NCBI GenBank assembly: GCA_051362555.1
Contig: CM120646.1
Coordinates: 8,370,001 to 8,434,000 of the forward strand
DNA length: 64,000 nucleotides
Direction: 5' to 3'
Source: Lingula anatina
Lineage: Eukaryota > Animalia > Brachiopoda
Within the stretch, counting starts at the first letter, position 1, and every line of letters begins with the position of its first letter. The position numbers and the translations under genes were made by a program. Positions 23,405 to 36,060 of the stretch are shown here, piece after piece. The notes below the pieces were generated by a model. That model was not told where the DNA came from, did no database searches, and saw nothing but the letters and a program-made list of their open reading frames with translations.

Positions 23405-26400
23405 TTATAAATTTAATCTGTCTGGTGGTTTCACCACACGACCAGATCTTGTTACAATCCTTGGGGTATTAATTGCTGGTGTTACTGTTTTTGTTGGTGT
23501 TTTACACTGATCCTTGACAATATCTCGGGTTGGTGCTACTGTCTCCTCAGGTACTATATGCTGATCCTTGATAGGTGAATGTAATGGCTCGTCACTTGGC
23601 TCCAAGTCAACAAAATTAGGATTATAGTGATGTGCTTTTTCTGTTGATGATCTTAAGTGCCGACGATTACGTCTGTATACACGGTCATTTCCTTCCACTA
23701 TGTATGATCTTGGATGTGTATGACGTTTAACAACAATGGCTGGTGCCCATGTTTTTGAACCTGGATGAGGCTGCATTCTCACATGTTCTCCAGGGCTGAA
23801 AGCTTTCAGTTCTTTAGCACCTTTTCTTTGATCATAATAATATTTCTGCTTTAGTTTCTCCTGGCTAAAATGACGTTTCACCTCTCGTTGGTTATATGCC
23901 TGTGGTTTTAACAGATTTCGAGCTGCAGGCAGTGTGTTTCTAGGTCTGCGTCCCATTAACAACTGCGAAGGGGACAAGTTTATGCCTTCCAAAGGTGTAG
24001 TTCTGTAGTTGAGTAGAGCAAGATACTTGTCATCACATTTTTTCCACATTTTCTTCACAATTTGAATAGCTCTCTCAGCTTCCCCATTTGAACCTGGGTA
24101 CTGAGGACTGGAGGTCATATGTTCAATATCATACACTTTGCAAAATTGTTTGAATTCACATGAACTAAACTGTGGTCCATTGTCTGATCTAATTTTAAGA
24201 GGTATGCCATGACAACTAAACACATATTTCATAGCATTGATTGTAGCAGTTGTAGTTGCGGCATTCAGTTCTACAACATCAATGTATTTTGAATAGTAAT
24301 CAATGAGAAGTAGGTACTTTTTTGCTCCAAAGTCAAATATGTCACAACCAACTTCAGTATAGGGTAGATCTGGAGGGACGGTCGGTTTCAACGGTTCTGC
24401 GGGTAACCTGTTTTGATACTCAGAACATTTTGTGCAGTCTCTCACCATGTTTTCAATTTCCATATTCATTCCAGGCCAAAACATGACTTCCCTTGCACGC
24501 TGTTTGCATTTCACAACTCCAAGATGTGACTCGTGTATCAAGCTAAGCATGTACTTTTGTAATGACGGTGGAATAACTATTCTGAGGCCTTTGTAGATTA
24601 CACCATCAAACACAGACAATTGGTCTCTGGAGTCCCAGAAATTTCTAATTTCATAAGGTGTCTCTCTACGCGTATCTGGCCATCCTTGGACAATTGTGTT
24701 GTATAGAGGCTGTAGCTCTCTTTGCGTTCTTATTCTAATATCAGAGTATCTCTCACTGCTCACAGAGATCATATCAATTAAACATAAATCATCTAGTCCT
24801 GTCACGTCAGAACTGTTGTCTGGTAAGTATGCTCTCGACAATGTATCTGCTACCACCATATCTTTGCCTTTCCTGTATACAACATTGAGATTGTACCACT
24901 GTAGACGTAGCAACATCTTCTGCAATCTCATTGGAGCTGACAGTAATGGCTTCTTAAAAATGCTCTCTAATGGCTTGTGGTCTGTGTACACTGTTGTTTC
25001 CTTACCGAAGATGTAGCAGTGGAATTTTATAGCTCCATGGACAATGGCGAGCATTTCCTTCTCTATTTGAGCATAACGCATTTCAACATCAGTAAGAGAA
25101 CGTGACGTGTATGCTATAGGTCGGCCATCTTGTATTAGCACTGCCCCTAGTCCACTTCTTGATGCATCACACTGAATCTCTACAGGCTTGTTCACATCAT
25201 AATAAGCTAATACAGGTGGTGTGCTACACAAGTGTTTGAGTTCCTCAAAACTTGCTTGTTGCTCATGTTCCCACTTGAATGACACATCATTCTTCAATAA
25301 TGCTCTCAGTGGGGCATCCACCTGACTCAGGTTTGGTATGAACTTGGCTAGATACTGTACAAGACCAAGTATTCTTCGTACTCCATCCTTATCTGTGGGT
25401 GGTGTCATCTCAGTTATTGCGCGCACTTTTTCTGGATCTGGGCTCAGGCCCTCTGCTGTGAGGATATGTCCCACATACTGAACTCTGGGCTGACGCACCT
25501 GACACTTATCAAAATTGAGCTTTAGGTTGTATTCAGTAGCTCTCTGAACAACCTTCTTGAAAATCGAATCATGATGCTCACGATCTGTGCCTGCTATCAA
25601 TATGTCATCCATTATAGCTGTGGCACCTTCTATGCCTTCAAGCATTTCATCCATGATTCTCTGAAAGATTTCTGGCGCTGATTTAATACAAAAGGGTAGG
25701 CCAATTGGAGTGTTGAAAGTAGTCAAAAAGGATGACTGCTCATCAAGCTGTATCTGCAAAAATCCCTGTGTGGCGTCTAACACAGAAAACACTGTGGCTT
25801 TTGGAATACTAGCTACAACTTCTTCAATAGTTTTCAGTGGATGATGCTCCCTTTTGATTGCATTGTTCAAATCACATGGGTCTATACAGATTCTCACTTT
25901 ATCATTTCTTAATGAAACAACCATTGAACTGACCCATTCAGTTGGCTCATGGACTCGGGTAATGAAGCCATCTGATTCCATTTCCTGTAATTTCTCTACG
26001 ATGCGTGGCTTCAGTGATGCTGGCTGTCGTCTGGCTGGATGTATAACTCCCTTTGCTGTTGGGTCTATCTTTATGGTATGCTTACCTGGTAGCGTACCTG
26101 TGTTCTTGGCAAGTTCAGTGAAATCATCTACACTGTTTACCTTGTTTACTCTGACTCTATGGAGGAGCCCAAGTTTCTCTGAAACTTCACCGTTAATGAC
26201 ATTTTCCTGGTCTATGTCTACTACTTCAAAGTCAACTGGCAACTGAGTAGTATTGTATGCCACTGAAAGCTGTGCTTTTCCGATTGGGCGGATCTTGTGA
26301 TTAGAGTAGGAGCGAAGAACTTTAGTTGTTTGGTTCAAGTTCTTGTGAAGACTAAGTTTTTCATAATCAGCTTTCACTAGAATGTTACATTTTGCTCCAG

Positions 26401-27406
26401 TATCTATACGAAATTTAAGTGGCTTGTCTTGGACATCTAGTGTCACTATCCATTTATCTTCAGCTGCACTGACAGAGTCAACATTTTCATCATCAACTTC
26501 AGTTGTATGAATGTACAGTGGATCATTGTTGCTATCTTCACTCACTGAATCATCACAGTAAAAATCATTATCACTTTCCTGTAAAGTGTGTACTGCCTTG
26601 GCTTTTCGTTTTCTGCATACTGAATACCAATGGTCTAGTCTTTTACAATATCTGCATTTGGTTCCTTTTGCTGGGCAAGTATTGTTTCTATGGGCTGTTG
26701 CAATATCTAAACCACACTGACCACATTTCTTGTTCTTTTGCTTCCAAGGTACGTGTTCCTGTCTCTTAGAGGCTTGTGAGGGATTTCTACTAGCATGGCT
26801 TTCCTTACTCTTATGTGACTTGTGATTAATGGCGGAAACTTCAACTTCTGGTCTTAAAATCTTCATTTGTTGCTGGGATGACTCATACTGTCTGCCTATT
26901 TCTAATGCTTGAGCTAGAGTAAGTCTTTCCCCTTTTTCTAACAGTTTCTCTTGAACTCGAGGATAATACACCCCACGTATTATACAGTCAATTAAAATGT
27001 CTTCAGCGTCTTGGTACTCACAATCCATAAGAATCAATCTGATGTCTTTTACAAAATTGTCAAATGTCTCACCTTCCTCCTGCTTCCTTTTCTGGAGGTT
27101 AAATCTTTGTGCACGTTTGTTTTTTCTGGGTCTTACATAATTTTCAAGCTTGCCGAATATTGCTTCTGGTTTATCCTCTTCATCTTCTTCCCAAGTGAAT
27201 GTTTTGTAAATTCCTCTCCCTTGTTTTCCAATCCACATGCCTAACCATCCTGCCCTTATCTTATCATCTGTTTGTGATAGTGGACCCTTGAAAACGAGCT
27301 CAGCATGCTGTCGGAATCGAGTAAATTCCAAGTACAAATTTTTAGACTCCCAATCGAAACTGGGTTGCTCGAATGCATACGCCATTTTAATTAGTGTCTC
27401 GCACAA
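23405..27406 (-). CDS. Gag-Pol polyprotein (CCHC knuckles, protease, RT, RNase H, integrase)
   Basis: 1333-aa ORF with CRYCKRLDHWYSVC, protease IDTGA, RT LDATQGFLQI...IMDD, RNase H CDASRSGLGAVL...TDHKPL, and integrase HESHLG...CTKC, SDNGPQF, SNGEAER. The first ATG (MAYAF) is slightly downstream of the ORF start. Confidence 0.95.
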   Translation of the reverse strand: MCETLIKMAYAFEQPSFDWESKNLYLEFTRFRQHAELVFKGPLSQTDDKIRAGWLGMWIGKQGRGIYKTFTWEEDEEDKPEAIFGKLENYVRPRKNKRAQRFNLQKRKQEEGETFDNFVKDIRLILMDCEYQDAEDILIDCIIRGVYYPRVQEKLLEKGERLTLAQALEIGRQYESSQQQMKILRPEVEVSAINHKSHKSKESHASRNPSQASKRQEHVPWKQKNKKCGQCGLDIATAHRNNTCPAKGTKCRYCKRLDHWYSVCRKRKAKAVHTLQESDNDFYCDDSVSEDSNNDPLYIHTTEVDDENVDSVSAAEDKWIVTLDVQDKPLKFRIDTGAKCNILVKADYEKLSLHKNLNQTTKVLRSYSNHKIRPIGKAQLSVAYNTTQLPVDFEVVDIDQENVINGEVSEKLGLLHRVRVNKVNSVDDFTELAKNTGTLPGKHTIKIDPTAKGVIHPARRQPASLKPRIVEKLQEMESDGFITRVHEPTEWVSSMVVSLRNDKVRICIDPCDLNNAIKREHHPLKTIEEVVASIPKATVFSVLDATQGFLQIQLDEQSSFLTTFNTPIGLPFCIKSAPEIFQRIMDEMLEGIEGATAIMDDILIAGTDREHHDSIFKKVVQRATEYNLKLNFDKCQVRQPRVQYVGHILTAEGLSPDPEKVRAITEMTPPTDKDGVRRILGLVQYLAKFIPNLSQVDAPLRALLKNDVSFKWEHEQQASFEELKHLCSTPPVLAYYDVNKPVEIQCDASRSGLGAVLIQDGRPIAYTSRSLTDVEMRYAQIEKEMLAIVHGAIKFHCYIFGKETTVYTDHKPLESIFKKPLLSAPMRLQKMLLRLQWYNLNVVYRKGKDMVVADTLSRAYLPDNSSDVTGLDDLCLIDMISVSSERYSDIRIRTQRELQPLYNTIVQGWPDTRRETPYEIRNFWDSRDQLSVFDGVIYKGLRIVIPPSLQKYMLSLIHESHLGVVKCKQRAREVMFWPGMNMEIENMVRDCTKCSEYQNRLPAEPLKPTVPPDLPYTEVGCDIFDFGAKKYLLLIDYYSKYIDVVELNAATTTATINAMKYVFSCHGIPLKIRSDNGPQFSSCEFKQFCKVYDIEHMTSSPQYPGSNGEAERAIQIVKKMWKKCDDKYLALLNYRTTPLEGINLSPSQLLMGRRPRNTLPAARNLLKPQAYNQREVKRHFSQEKLKQKYYYDQRKGAKELKAFSPGEHVRMQPHPGSKTWAPAIVVKRHTHPRSYIVEGNDRVYRRNRRHLRSSTEKAHHYNPNFVDLEPSDEPLHSPIKDQHIVPEETVAPTRDIVKDQCKTPTKTVTPAINTPRIVTRSGRVVKPPDRLNL

Positions 27407-27459
27407 TTAAAAATGTTATGTGGCATGTGTAAGGACTCACTAATAGCTTGAAAAGTTTA

Positions 27460-27472
27460 ACTTCTGACACCA
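27460..27472 (-). promoter_or_regulatory. Primer-binding site (tRNA-Leu type)
   Basis: TGGTGTCAGAAGT immediately after the 5' LTR. Confidence 0.85.
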
Positions 27473-28102
27473 TGTAACATAAACGTGCTAACTCTGTAAG
27501 CCGCCATGCTGGAACACACGTGTATTATTCAAGTCGCTTACAACATTGTAAAATAAGAGGTGGTCGCTTAAGACAAATAAAATGTTACAAGCTCTAAAAT
27601 GCGATTGTAGATTCTTGTTAAGGGGTATCGGGACGTTATAAATTTGGTAAAATGGCTTTTTTGTTTCTTATATGTAAAATAATTACCTTAATATTACTGC
27701 AATAGAAACACGTTAAGATTACTGTTAGAACGATTTTATTTATGCAGTTTACCTATCTATACGTTCTGTAGTATTTTTACCTTTAATGTTATGGTTTAGA
27801 GCTAGCACCGCACCATCTCCAAGCATCCCAAAGATAAACGTTATGTAAGAAAGTAAATAATAAGAAAACCTTCCCTAGAACTTGATACACTGCAGTGTGA
27901 AGTATCAAACTATGTCATATTCTTTATTAGTTACTGTGAAAGCTATATCAATATGTCGATATTAGTGTAAGCTTCTCGTAGGTGACTTTTAAGAAAATCT
28001 ATCTGAATCAACACCACGTGACCTGTGGGTATATTAAGTCCACACCCACCATTTAGCAGTAATAGGAGTAACATCAGTAGAGATAAATCCCATTTCTCAG
28101 AA

Positions 28103-28320
28103 CTATTCAAGCACAGAAGAAAGGCTAAATCAGAGAAAAACACAATTTTGCGTTATCACCGTGTTCTCACATCTATTCAAGAAGTACAGAAGAAAGGCTA
28201 AATCAGAGAAAAACACAATTTTGCGTTATCACCGTGTTCTCACATCTATTCAAGAAGTACAGAAGAAAGGCTAAATCAGAGAAAAACAGTTTTGCCTTAT
28301 CACCGTGTTCTAGATTATTC
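28103..28320. repeat. Tandem repeat, ~73-bp unit x3
   Basis: ctattcaag...aaggctaaatcagagaaaaacacaattttgcgttatcaccgtgttctcacat units start at 28103, 28173 and 28246. Confidence 0.85.
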
Positions 28321-28866
28321 CAGAGTATATGTGTAAAGAAATCATTTAAAGGAAAGAATAAAGCACCATATTTAACCGGACTCTGGACTCGTGTTGATCA
28401 ATTACGTTATATCCTTGTGAACAACAACAAAATTGTGGTAATAGTACGAAGTCTCTTTTTGTTGCATTATTCATCACTTAACTCGCTTTATGGGGTTCGA
28501 TTGGGTGCCCAACCGTTAATTTTCCATTTCGCTGCTTTGTAAATTGGCGTGAGGTAGCAATCGCTTTTCGACGAAACTCCATAACTCGGCAATATATTCT
28601 CATGCAAACTGGCATGGTTGACGACCAGGGTGGCAGCATTCTTAGAATAAAATAGGACAAAAAACTTTGACAGTGCGAATAGAAATTTACAATCTTATCT
28701 TGATATTACCCACGATACCAAAAAGGCTTAATAGAGGAAATAATACCAATCTAATTCACCCGGAGAGTGTAAAAACTGACATAATTAAAAGTACCAAGAC
28801 AAATTGACGATGTATATTCAAACAAGAGGAAAGGGGCTTTAATTCAGATGTTTCTCAAGACAAATA

Positions 28867-30525
28867 CAGACTTGACATTTAATATGGAATATTTCAGTTT
28901 CAAAGGTATGCCTAGGTAAAAATACGTTCTTTTTTCAATAAACTCCGATCTCATTTAAGATTTGTGAATGGAGAAGTGTGTAGTCAGGTGTGTCGCTACC
29001 AATTAACTGACTTTCATGTCTGTTGCGCTGCTACATTACGTAATATGCAGTGATTTAATTGGGTAGTGTTCCTTTGGGCTGGTCAAAGCTTGGCTTAGGC
29101 AAAGCTTGGTTCTGTCAAAAAAGGATCCATATGTCGGCAACTACTGCATAGAAGAATTTGAAATTTTGCATGCAAGCGGTCAGTTTTGCAGTGCGTAAGA
29201 TGAGTTAAGTAGTGCATTACAAATTTGTTAATCTATGGCAGAATGGCGCGAAAAAGACAGACATTACCAGACAGATCATAGCGCCAAACGGAACGGTCCC
29301 CACAGTTTTATAGAGTATTGCCCAGACTGATGTAGCTACACAGAGGTCATCCCTAATGTATCAAAATCTTACCTACAGGGTACAGGACCCACTGTCTTTC
29401 GGGATACGCTGCTGCAACTAAACAAAAAACACTTAGTCCGTTCAAAACGAGGGGTAAATTGCCACCAAAATGCGATTTTTAAAGCCCCTAGCGAACATCA
29501 AACTGGTTTTATCAGGTAAGAATACAAAACGACCTCCGAGGCACCCACTGTAAAAAGCAAAACATCGTCGTCTGTTTCTCTAATGAATTGGGGGTCATGA
29601 CCGTTTCTGGGTAGAACACTGAAACTGCGTGGCTTTCTTTATTGAGGTCAGATTTCACCTGTACCACCCAATTAGTCAAAACAGAGTTTACAGATATCCA
29701 GAAGAGGCCTACGACGAAGCATATGCCGGGTCTAAAGTGACAAGGGTGATTGACAGCGTCAGTATTTGGAGTGGATACCACATTGGTGCCAAAACATCAA
29801 TGGTAGTCATCAACGAAAACCTGAACCAGATCAAATTAAGGAATAATCTCGGAACCACTTGACTATCATTTGATAGGGGCCACCTTAGGAACAATTTGAG
29901 GTTGCACGGTGAGGTTGCCGGTTCACACAGAGCACTTTTAATAGCAGATAACTTACAGAACCAAGGGAATGAGCAGCTACCTTGGTGATAAAAATCGCCA
30001 TATTTGAACCACATAGACAATATTTCGGTAGGCCATTGCTCGCCGAATCAACTGCCTATATGTCCTACAACAAAACTGGACCAAATTGGACAATTTTAGA
30101 CCGATGCCTGGAATATTATTCCAGATTGAACTCTAAAAACCTACCCCAAGGAATGCCTTGCCGCTTGAGAGAGCTGGCAACAGCCAGAGGAGGCCAGGCG
30201 TAACAGCGAACATTACTGTGACTAGCAACTGACATGAGGGTCTTTTGTGGAGCGTATAAATCTTTTACAGATGATAATTTGGAAAACATGGAGATCAAAA
30301 ATATCTCTTTTAATGGAAGTCGTATGACATAGAATAGGCAATGTGTTTTTGTTTGTATCTCTGGCGAATTCCATTAATGAATTGATGTCACAATGACATC
30401 AGAGAGATAATTTAAAGTTATTAAAACACGATTTTAATCCTTATTTTCATTTATCAGTCAGTAAAATAGGAAAAACTGATAAAAAATTACTTGGAAAAAA
30501 TATTCCATATTAAATGTCAAGTCTG
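28867..30525 (+). mobile_element. Tc1-like transposon with decayed transposase
   Basis: Perfect 28-bp TIRs cagacttgacatttaatatggaatattt flanked by TA. Internal remnants VAFFIEVRFHL...RVYRYPEEAY...SVSIWSG...KTSMVVINENLN...LPW**KSPYLNHIDN...MPCRLRELATARGG align to a Tc1 DDE transposase but lack the acidic catalytic residues. Confidence 0.85.
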
Positions 30526-32063
30526 TAGTATGGTTAAGCGCCGTCAATTTCGCTTCCGCTTTTTTTTTTCTTTCTTCAACGCAGTTATTTGAATTTCCGA
30601 AGCAAGGCACTGGGCGATAAACACCACATTTTACGTATACAATACGAAGGCGATTTCAGTTAAGTGGAAAATAATAAATAAGATTCCTAAATAACAGAGA
30701 AAAATATTTTCCATCCCAAAGATTGTGAACCAACACTGCAGCAAAAAACCTTTCAAGACCAGTGAGGTTTTTATTATCCATTTTATTTCTGTCTTTCTTA
30801 AGAACTGAACCTATTAATAAATAGCCACTAGGAAAAAATTACAACTCTAATACATAAACATGATTGTAGAATACTGAAAGCTGTCCCTGAGGGTTACTGA
30901 GTCTCAAGGATTGAAAGAGCAAGAAAGTTTGCGTCCCACCCCTTACTTTCTACCACTAGGTAGTGCTGGCGTCCACACACAGTCCCCGTATGGACTGCTA
31001 AACGTTACACAAGCATGTCATATCTACCCAGAACATGACCATTTGTCTACTATGCAACAATTAATAGGAACCAGTTTATCCCGGATAATGTTAAATTTAT
31101 CACAAGAGCTCTGTAAAGCTACAGAAACCTTCATTAAGACAAAATAGCCACGCTTACTGATAAATTTCAGCATATAAAAGCACTTCCTTTCTCTAGAAAT
31201 TGAGAAAACTTGATTCTTATTTATAGTAATTAACGATACTTAAAATGGCAATACAAAAACAAGCAAATTTTCGTTCAGTGCAACAAACAACACAAAGCCA
31301 AAAAGTTCGAAAGGTGAAGAAAAGCTCAACTACAAATGGAGTTTAAAACGTGAAAAAAATCCACCTTGCAAAATCTTTCTTCTTAGCTTTATTGTAGCTG
31401 GAATGTTACAACTGTGTCTACGTGTCGTCTCCTCCAAGACAGTCGCCTTTCGAGCAATTGTGTCAGATGTGAAAGAGCGCAATCATGGCCTAGACGACCC
31501 TTTGTTTGATCAGTCACTGATGGAGAAGAAATATTTTGACTAATGATCATTTGCAAAAGGTGTAACTTTCATGTGCTTTGAGAATAGGGCAGCATGAACC
31601 TCTGATGTTTGCGTTTTATACAAATATATACTCTCTTTAATAAAACAAAATGTACACAGTGCTACCTGTAGAAACAATTTTGTAATGTCAGTAGTGAATC
31701 ACTCGATTGTACATGGAGCCTATCCATTCCAGCATAGAGGAAGAGCACTTTTTTCATTAACACTCATGGTTTTTAAAAACTAAGAAGCTACCACGACCTG
31801 TAACCAAGAGTCTTGCATGTAACATGTTTGAAACTTAATTCTGCTTTAACATTCAACCCATTTTGGGGAAATGAGCTTGCTTTGAGAACATTTCAGAAAC
31901 ACGGAACGCTTTCTCTATTAAAAAACTCTCTACCCCCCATATAACGAAACTACTGACATTATAACCACGAGAGAGAGAGAGAGAGCAAGAATGTGAGCAA
32001 GAGCAATGAAATTCACAAACACTGTACAAGATAAAGAAGTTTCCTCCTCTCAACTTTAACCTT

Positions 32064-32298
32064 TCACATTGGTAGTAAGTGATAGTCTATATCCTGTTCG
32101 TCGTCCCCTAGCTGGTCATCACCGACCCCTTTGTACGCCCTTGAACTAAATCTCTGGCCTGAACGGCAGACGAGGTCACAGCCATCCTAGAACAGAGGGT
32201 ACAACTAGCCTAAGGTCTGGATCTAATAGAGCCTCTGATTAATATTGCTCATTTGCAAAACATTAGAAAATTAAATCTAAGACACGCAGACTGCTAAG

Positions 32299-32351
<53 letters not shown>

Positions 32352-32539
32352 TACAGCAGAATAAGAGGTTTCCTATTTGTAGATATAACACTGAGGCATC
32401 CGCAATGGTTTTTCTTTTTTTTTCTTCTCCATATCACAATAAGTTGAGAATTGATACCAGTACTTACTCTTACGGCAATGTATTTAGTATTTACACTCTT
32501 TCACGTTTAATTCCAAAATAACTTTGCATATACAGTATG

Positions 32540-32574
<35 letters not shown>

Positions 32575-33171
32575 GAAGGGGTTGGAGAATGTATGACTGA
32601 ATGCATTTGTACTTGCTCACTGGCTTGCACATGTGCAAGTGTGTGAGCGTCCCAAAGCAGGTGCACACTTACTGCTTGTAAATTGCCAAAATCTTGCCAG
32701 AATGCATAGTTTGGAATCTGCTCCATGCCTTTAGCACCCCGCACAAACCTCTGGTATGATAAGCCCACTATGCAGTACAAGGCCTTAAGAGAAATAAATC
32801 TAAAATTAAATCAAGTCAGTTATTGATCTTGGTTAATATTTGTGTCCACTGAAAGTCCATCTATAGGTTTTACTAAACATAAAATGTCCTTGTGTTCACC
32901 AAAGTGGCAAAAAAGCAGTTTAGTAACCATAAATTCATGTCTTGTGGGTTCAATAATAACCCCCTCCCCCCACTTCTTGATATCTTTATGCCAGTGCCAA
33001 GCCTTAAATTTATCATAAGTACTAACATGAATATGATGACAGATCCAGCACTTAGCCCCTGCAGTAGCTGGAACGACGGAACTTCTGTGCACACAGCGCT
33101 GTGGTAGTATTCGAACAGGTAATACACTCATCTGTCTTCTGGTTATTTTCTTCTACAACTTTACCATGACC
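32064..33171 (-). pseudogene. M6PR: Cation-dependent mannose-6-phosphate receptor, last three exons, with a 1-nt frameshift; upstream exons not found
   Basis: Exons 33171-33027 (GHGKVVEENNQKTDEC/YYLFEYYHSAVC...LSAGSVIIF; 145 nt where the phases need 146), 32799-32673 ([28 protein letters not shown]) and 32186-32064 (DGCDLVCRS...[23 protein letters not shown]). The last matches the recalled M6PR tail DGCDFVCRS...[23 protein letters not shown]. Confidence 0.88.
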
Positions 33172-34423
33172 CTGAAAAGGAAAAGACTAGAGGTCATATT
33201 TAACATTCATCTTCTTTAGATTAACTAATATAGAATACAACTGGATTTGGCATTAGTGAGTTGAAGAGGGCATTTCTGCCTAGTCTACACTTGTGTTTAC
33301 ATACATGTTTGTGCATATGTGTGCACAAATGCATATGTGTGCATGTTGAGTCATTGACACTAGAATTTTACATGACAAACAGGTGTACGCACAGCCTTCA
33401 AATAATTATGACAATAAACAACAGATTGACTTGTCAATTATGCGCCTCAGACACATTGCCTTTTGGTCAGCTGTGTGAAATATCAACATTGGACGATGCA
33501 CATTTACCCCCCCCCCCCCAAATCCACCCCATGCCCCCTTTTTGCAGGGAAATTGAAGATGTTGATAGAACATGTTTGCATGGAAACAACTCAAAAGAAT
33601 ACATGTATATCAATCATTCAATAAAAGAACCACCTCACTATCATTAGGATCGCAGACAATCATGATGATAGCTTTTTTGTTCTTATGTGTACAGTGGCAA
33701 CTGTAGTTTTCTCCCCCTACCCGCGATATTCTAGAGATATCCAGTCAGCTAGCAATGAAAGAAAACCAGATTATACAATATATTTTTTAAATCAATATTG
33801 CTTCAGGTATTCTATTTTTATTGAAAAAAATCATTTGGTACTTCATATATACATATTCCAATCATCACTGTTATCTAAAAAAAAAAGGCAGAAAATAAAA
33901 AGATAAAATCCTAAATTTCTTATTAAAACTTATTAAAACTAGATCCATGACTAAATGAAAAATACACTTATGCCAAAGGAAGTTAATGTATAATGAAAAA
34001 AATTCTCACTGGAAATGTTTTCAAACCTTTAAAAGAGAACAAGGCAGCAAAGCTGTCAAATGTACAGACAAAAAGCAGAAAATAAAAATGCAGAAAATAG
34101 GATACTGTCAATTCTGTAGCAGTAATGTATTATACTTAACTGCATAGCCAACATCAAATTTTAATTCTGCGCAACAGTTGATTAGGAGGAAAGTAAAATG
34201 TGTAACAAGCAATAGACTGAGTTCCCATACCTAGATCAATCTAACAGGATCAATCCAACTCCAAGGGATTTCTCACTAAATTGCTTTCAGCTTATGTGAC
34301 TTAGGATTCTGGCATGCCAGTTTTAGTAGGCATGACAGACAGCTAAGCCACTTACATTGACTGCAATTTAGCGAGAATCCCCTCGCTGTGAAATTGAAAA
34401 CTTCACAAAAAATTGCTTAAACT

Positions 34424-34426
<3 letters not shown>

Positions 34427-34518
<92 letters not shown>
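34427..34518. repeat. (TA)n microsatellite
   Basis: Uninterrupted TA run of ~90 bp. Confidence 0.95.
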
Positions 34519-34522
<4 letters not shown>

Positions 34523-35734
34523 CGACAGAGCTGTTTTTCTAATTTGGGCTGTATGTCAATCCTAAGAATCATTCTTGTAAGTTAAAAAAAATACAGAAAA
34601 TGTTACAGAGTAACAGTACAGGGCTCCTGGTGGAGGGGAGTGAACAGTCACATCTTGAAAATGCCAGTTTGAAAAATGAAAAATTAAAAAAAAGGAAAAA
34701 TTACAAAAATATTCCACTAAAGCTGCCATTCAGTCTAGCTGTTTTACCATGATTGAGTTTGGAGATAATTAAAAAAGGGAAATCTCAACAAGTGTGTTTT
34801 ATGAAAGCTCATTTAATGGCCAGTTCAGACCTTATTAGACAAGATGATTACCCAAGGGAATATTACACCAATCTTATCCATATGCCACAAACTATGTGCT
34901 AGAATGATAAACATGAAACTTTCACAAACATTCAAGAAAAAAGCGGAAAATAATAATGCACAAAATGGATACTGTCAATGCTGATGCAACAATACATTAT
35001 GCTTAAAGGATATATGGTTTACTCCAGGATAATTCATTTTTGGCCAAAAAGAACAGTAATTATTTAACTGCAAAGTCAAGTTGCAAATATTCCACAACAG
35101 GTAGTATCAATAAAAGTGAACTGTTACAAATATAAGGCTGGCTTCAGACCCATGAGAGTTCAAGCCCACACTTTGAAAATGCCAGGATGATAAAACCTCA
35201 CAAAAATTATAAATTGGATTTTAAAAAAATGATAGTCCAATAGAGCTGGTTTTCTAATTTGAGCTTTATGTTAATCCTAAGACCGCATTCTCAACGAATT
35301 GAGTCAGGCTTTACAAATCCTGAGAACTAAAAATGGCGGACGTACATGAAAGAAAAACCGCCTAATCTTTTAATAGTCTCTCCGCCTCTCACACACCTCC
35401 CCACACGTCGTCCCTGCGGGGTACAGTAATTAAATCTCGGCTCCAAATATCAATAGAAGAATTTTAAATGTCCAATTTTCTTCATTCTGAGATTCTGAAC
35501 ATAGTGAATGATTGAATCTGACAAACTTCAATGATATAACCTTATTTTCATTTTTGACACTTTATTACACAATACGCAATAACAGGTTTACCATAATTTT
35601 TATGTAATCAACTAACAATATTGTTAAGATTCAGAAAATGTCAAAATAATACTATTAGGTATCTTATTAGTTCAATAATGAGAGTGTTAATATGCCTAAG
35701 AATTAAATTTGAAGAAAAACCATTTATATACAAA

Positions 35735-36060
35735 AAAGGCTAATAACTTCAGCAAAACTCAACTGATCAAGCTTAATTTCAAACTTGATCTGTATACTAG
35801 TCAGACTGATCACTCCTGTGAGTTGTAAGACAAAAGGCTGATTGGTTTTCCTTAAACTGTGTTATCAATGTTGCATATATGCTGAAAAGAGTGAAAAATC
35901 AGCATAACTTTTATAAAAATTGCCCGATAATGCTGATTTTCAAACTTGACCTACCTATAATAAATATTCAACAGTTATATATGTAAGTTTCAAGCCAAAA
36001 GGTAAAAAGGTTTTTCACTTATCGCGTTATCGGTGTTGCACATATGCTGAAAAAAAGCGA
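35735..36060. repeat. Two diverged ~175-bp tandem units
   Basis: Recurring ataactt...tttcaaacttga(t/c)ct...gttatc..tgttgca.atatgctgaaaa blocks. Confidence 0.55.

Larger units (their letters stand above)
22918..27589 (-). mobile_element. Full-length Ty3/Gypsy (Mag-like) LTR retrotransposon
   Basis: Identical 117-bp LTRs (TGTAACA...TGTTACA) at 22918-23034 and 27473-27589. 5-bp TSD AGCTC at 22913-22917 and 27590-27594. PBS and PPT present; single gag-pol ORF. Confidence 0.97.

Noticed and set aside
24696-27244. Plus-strand ORFs within the Gypsy element
   Set aside because: Antisense shadows of gag-pol with no recognisable motifs.
28103-28320. CRISPR-like array
   Set aside because: Contiguous tandem units with no unique spacers, no cas genes, and a eukaryotic context.
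27618-28732. Kolobok-like element (TTAA|GGGGTATCG start)
   Set aside because: The right terminus matches only partially (cccacgatacc) and has no clean TTAA boundary.
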